DNA from: Octopus bimaculoides
Taxonomy: Eukaryota
DNA: 64,000 nt
Direction of reading: 5' to 3'
Assembly (NCBI RefSeq): GCF_001194135.2
Contig: NC_068995.1
Coordinates: forward strand, 2,682,477-2,746,476
The position numbers were made by a program, and so were the translations under genes. Shown in pieces: positions 60,257-64,000 of the stretch; positions within the stretch are counted from its first letter, which is position 1, and each line of letters starts with the position of its first letter. The notes under the pieces are model-generated. The model did not search any database. It was not told where the DNA came from and worked only from the letters and a program-made list of their open reading frames with translations.

Positions 60257-61846
60257 CTGGGGAAAGTGATAAGGAAAAAGAGATGGTGGGGGTTTAAACA
60301 AAAAACAGGATTACTGTAAATGGAAAAGAAATTTGAAAGCCTGTCATTATTTTACATGTTTGTTTTGTTTGTTTGTCCCCGTATCAACATGTGTTTTGGC
60401 CCTACATCTGTTCTAACCCAACAATTTTTTTTTGTTTTGATGTAGTTTTAATAGCTGGATGCCCTTCACTACTTTATCAGCATCGACAGGATGTATTTCA
60501 TCTTGTCACTCTGACAGGACTAAAAGCTCTTATCTGCCCTGTATTGATATCAGTAATAACAGGTTTTAAATTTCAGTGCATCAATTCCCAGTACTTGCAC
60601 TTAATGACCCCCACAGAAGAATTTGAAATTAGAATCTGTTTATTTCTTAAAAAGAAGCTGGAAGAAATGCTGTTGAGCATTTTGCCCAATATACGGATTC
60701 TGCCAGCTCACTGCCATCAGCATTTTGTCTGGCCTACTGACAATTCAGACAGCTCATTACCTTGCCTTAGGCCTTAATAATAATCCTTTCTACTAGAGGC
60801 ACAAGGCTTAAAATTTTGGGGGAAGGGACCAGTTGATAACATTGACCCCAGTGCATAACTGGTAATTAATTTATAGACCCCCGGCAGCATTTGAACTCAG
60901 AACACGAAAACAGATGAAATGTCGTTAAGCATTTCACCTGGTGTGCTAACAAATAATAATGATAATAATGATAATCCTTTCTACTAAAGACACAGGGCCT
61001 GAAATATTGCGGGAGGAGATAAGTTGATTACGTCGACCCTCAGTGCTTCACTGGTACTTAATTTATCAACCCAGAAAGGATGAAAAGCAAAGTCACCCTT
61101 GGTGGAATTTGAACTTAGAATATAAAGAGCAAAATACTTCTAAGCATTTCGCCTGGCGTGCTACCAATTCTGCCAGCTCAGCCCTTTAATAATAATTAGT
61201 AGGAGGTAAATGTTGTGGCATTGTTTTGTATAGTTTTCAACCTGTGCTTCTACAGAAACCTTATCCAATGGATTAACATGATCTACATGGTCATACTGTG
61301 TAAAACCCCTATTACTGGAATAATCCAGCTCACTTAGATCTAGTCCTTAGAAACCTGTTAATATAAATATTTGTATTGAGTGGGCAAGACGTTCAGGTCA
61401 GTCTGCTGTTATTAATTAGAGGCAGGAGATTCATCTTAACTAATTAAGATTATCTAATGTAACACAAATCATTGAAGTCAATTAGTAATCAATGTAATAC
61501 ACTTCATCATCATCATTTAACGTCTGCTTTCCATGCTGGCAGTAATTGAGATTAATTACAAGAAAATCAATTTTGGTTAATTACAAATCTAATATATTAA
61601 TTAAATGTCATTGAGGTTAATTGCTAACTAATGTATCATATGAAGTTACTAACTAATGCACAAGACATCACTGTGATTAGATGGGATTAAGTATATGGGT
61701 GAGAGAGAGAGAGTTTGGTAAAGGACTATGTTTGTGAGGGAGGGTTGTATGTGGTGGGTCTCCTTCCAACCCATGCCAGCATGGAAAAAGATGTGAAACA
61801 AACAAATGAATGACGATTGGGCTTTGATAGTTGAAGAAAAGGATAC

Positions 61847-61919
61847 TGTGTCAAAACATTTCCCAGCAAAAACAACCACATTTTGGGGATGCCAAAATTC
61901 AAAACAGAAACAAGTTGAT
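61847..61919 (-). CDS. SLC35B4: SLC35B4 penultimate exon (DQLVSVLNFGIPKMWLFLLGNVLTQ)
   Basis: ccacag| and |gtatcc on the minus strand; phase 1-2; resembles human LPIMWFYLLMNIITQ. Confidence 0.92.
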
Positions 61920-63017
61920 CTGTGGGAAAAGGAAGAAAGAAAAGGTAAGTTTAGGAATGACATTGGTTTAAGGAGGCTCAAAGCGTTTTCGATGCTTAGG
62001 GGTTGCACTCGCACCCACTGCACCTGAGCCTAATTGATGCCTTTCAGGAAGAAATTAAATATTTAAAAAAAACAAAAAAAAACATGAATTTACAAATGTC
62101 TGTTGTTTTTAAATTAGCAATGATTTAACAGATTTATTATCAGAAGCGTTCCAGATATGGCCATCCTGTCTTTTTGTGTTTCTAACATTATACTGTCCAA
62201 TAGATAATTCTTTTTCGAGTAAGGTACAATTTGAAAGATTTAGCTGTTGATTTTAGCCAGTCAAGCTCCCTCATTTTCATAAGATGTCTTAAAGTTATTC
62301 TACATTCTTTATGGTTATCAGTAATTGGACTGTGGCCAAACTGGGGCATCCACATTCAGGGGTTTTACTCACCTTAACCCCAGGAGCTAATGATTTAACA
62401 GCCATCAACAAAATGTTTGACAAAGGAACGTAACTCAACTCACCAGTTTACATTGTCAAACATGGGGGAATGGATGGACACACAGTAGTGTTCCTAGATT
62501 GGGTGGTGGATTTCTTAATGTGTAATAGTGGTAGCGTATTCCACAGACATCTTTTTATCTTTTCAGCCATGCTGGAAAACCACTTTGAAGAATTTTTAGT
62601 TGAATGAACCAACTCCGTACTTTTTTTTTTCTTTTTAAGCCTTCGCAGCATTTGAACCTAAAGACAAATGAAATGCCACCCAGCATTTTATCCAATGTGC
62701 TGACAATTCCACCAGCTCACTTCCTAACAATACTAAGGATTTCAAATTTTGGCACAAGGCCAGCAATTTCAAGGGGGGTGGGGAGTAAGTGGATTACATC
62801 ACCCTCAATGCTCGACTGGTACTAATTTTATCGACCCTAAAAGATGGAAAACAAAGTTGACCTCGGTGGAATTTGAACTCAGAAAGTAACAGACAAAATG
62901 CTACTCAACATTTTCCCTGGCACACTAACCGGTCACGCTACCTTAATGGTAACCGTGGCAATAAAGTACAAACTTAAGCGAACAAATACTGAAAGGTTTT
63001 TGAAACACTTCACTTAC

Positions 63018-63093
63018 CAGACTGTGAAAACAGGATTACATGTTTGTAAATATCTGGAGCAAGCAGTAGAAACCCAGGCAGTGGGAGAGCATG
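63018..63093 (-). CDS. SLC35B4: SLC35B4 exon (HALPLPGFLLLAPDIYKHVILFSQS); upstream exons lie beyond the window
   Basis: tttcag| and |gtaagt on the minus strand; phase 0-1; resembles human HALPLPGFVFLASDIYDHAVLFNKS. Confidence 0.94.
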
Positions 63094-64000
63094 CTGAAAC
63101 GAGAAATGAGAAAGAAAAAACCATCAGAGAATGGCCTTCCTCACCCTCGATCACAGCTGTAAATTCAATTTCTATTAAGATTAATATGACTGACTTGGTC
63201 GTGTAAAACTCAGGATTGTTGAAGGAAAAAAAAAAGATTTTGTAGACATCTGCTTGTTTTATTAAAGCCATTGTCTCTAGTATGAAATAGCTGTGAGGCA
63301 CAATTGAAACTGTGTTTACTAGAGCAGGAGTAGAAACAAGACACAAAATTTAATAGTGAAGAGATACTTTATATGAAATAAAAACCTGTTTATTCAGGTC
63401 ACTGCAATGAAAATACCTGAAATATAATCTTAGAGATTTCAAGGTTTTAAGAATATTCATCATCATCTCTTTAACATCCACATTTCTATGCATGCATGGG
63501 TCGGACAAAATTTGTTGAGGTGGCTACATCTGGATGTTCTTCCTGTCACCAACACTTACCTGTTTCCAAGGAAGGTAATGTTTCTCCATGACCAGACATG
63601 CTTCTGCAGAAGATTGGAAAGAAAGGACACAGCTTTCGTGACAGTAATACTTGCATACAACCATTACACGATGCCAAATCAAAGAGACAGTAACACATAC
63701 ATACAATTGACAGGCTTCTTTCAGTTTCCATCTACTAAATCCACTCCCAATGCTTTGGTTGGCCCATCACCAAAGTGCCGTGCAGTAGGACTGAACCCGG
63801 GACCATGTGGCTAGGAAGCAAACTACATACCATACAGCCATATCACACTTCATACCATTCTAATTTAAGCACAAGGCCAACAGTTTTAATGGTAAGGACT
63901 TAGTTGAATCCTGTCATGTACTGGTACATGACAGGTATTTTAGTTCATTGACCCAGGAGGGATGAAAGACAAAGTTGATTTTAAAGGAAATTGAATTTTA

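Noticed and set aside
61806-62027. Plus-strand ORF with a strong aaag|gtaagt donor at 61944
   Set aside because: It is the reverse complement of the SLC35B4 acceptor tract and penultimate exon; the peptide has no recognisable features.

Overview
This is eukaryotic genomic DNA: AT-rich, dense in microsatellites and SINEs, with assembly N-gaps. The repeat families resemble those of Octopus genomes (inference from recollection, not a database search). Four protein-coding loci were reconstructed by hand from GT-AG splice sites, exon phase continuity and recalled similarity to human proteins. (1) The 3' part of SON on + (8 visible exons, 1094-10848; G-patch plus a complete dsRBD). (2) CFAP61 on + (28 visible coding exons, 17083-42421, one more exon probably hidden in an N-gap), with a putative non-coding first exon and a palindromic RFX X-box at 14421-14433. 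(3) An intact, intron-less ST13/Hip ORF on + (47239-48363). (4) The last three exons of SLC35B4 on - (60019-63093). The rest is tRNA-derived SINEs, RTE and CR1/L2-type LINE remnants, mariner and hAT DNA-transposon remnants, and micro/minisatellites. The most striking unexplained element is a 123-bp insert in CFAP61 intron 6, flanked by a perfect 12-bp target-site duplication. It carries an intact minimal type I hammerhead ribozyme on the antisense strand (21953-21994), and a degenerate relative lies in a SON intron (4853-4890). Other second-look items are a ~118-bp foldback hairpin, a duplicated block of the SLC35B4 3' UTR, and inverted SINE pairs flanking SON exons. No prokaryote-type system (CRISPR, operon) is present, and most ORFs in the supplied track are spurious.
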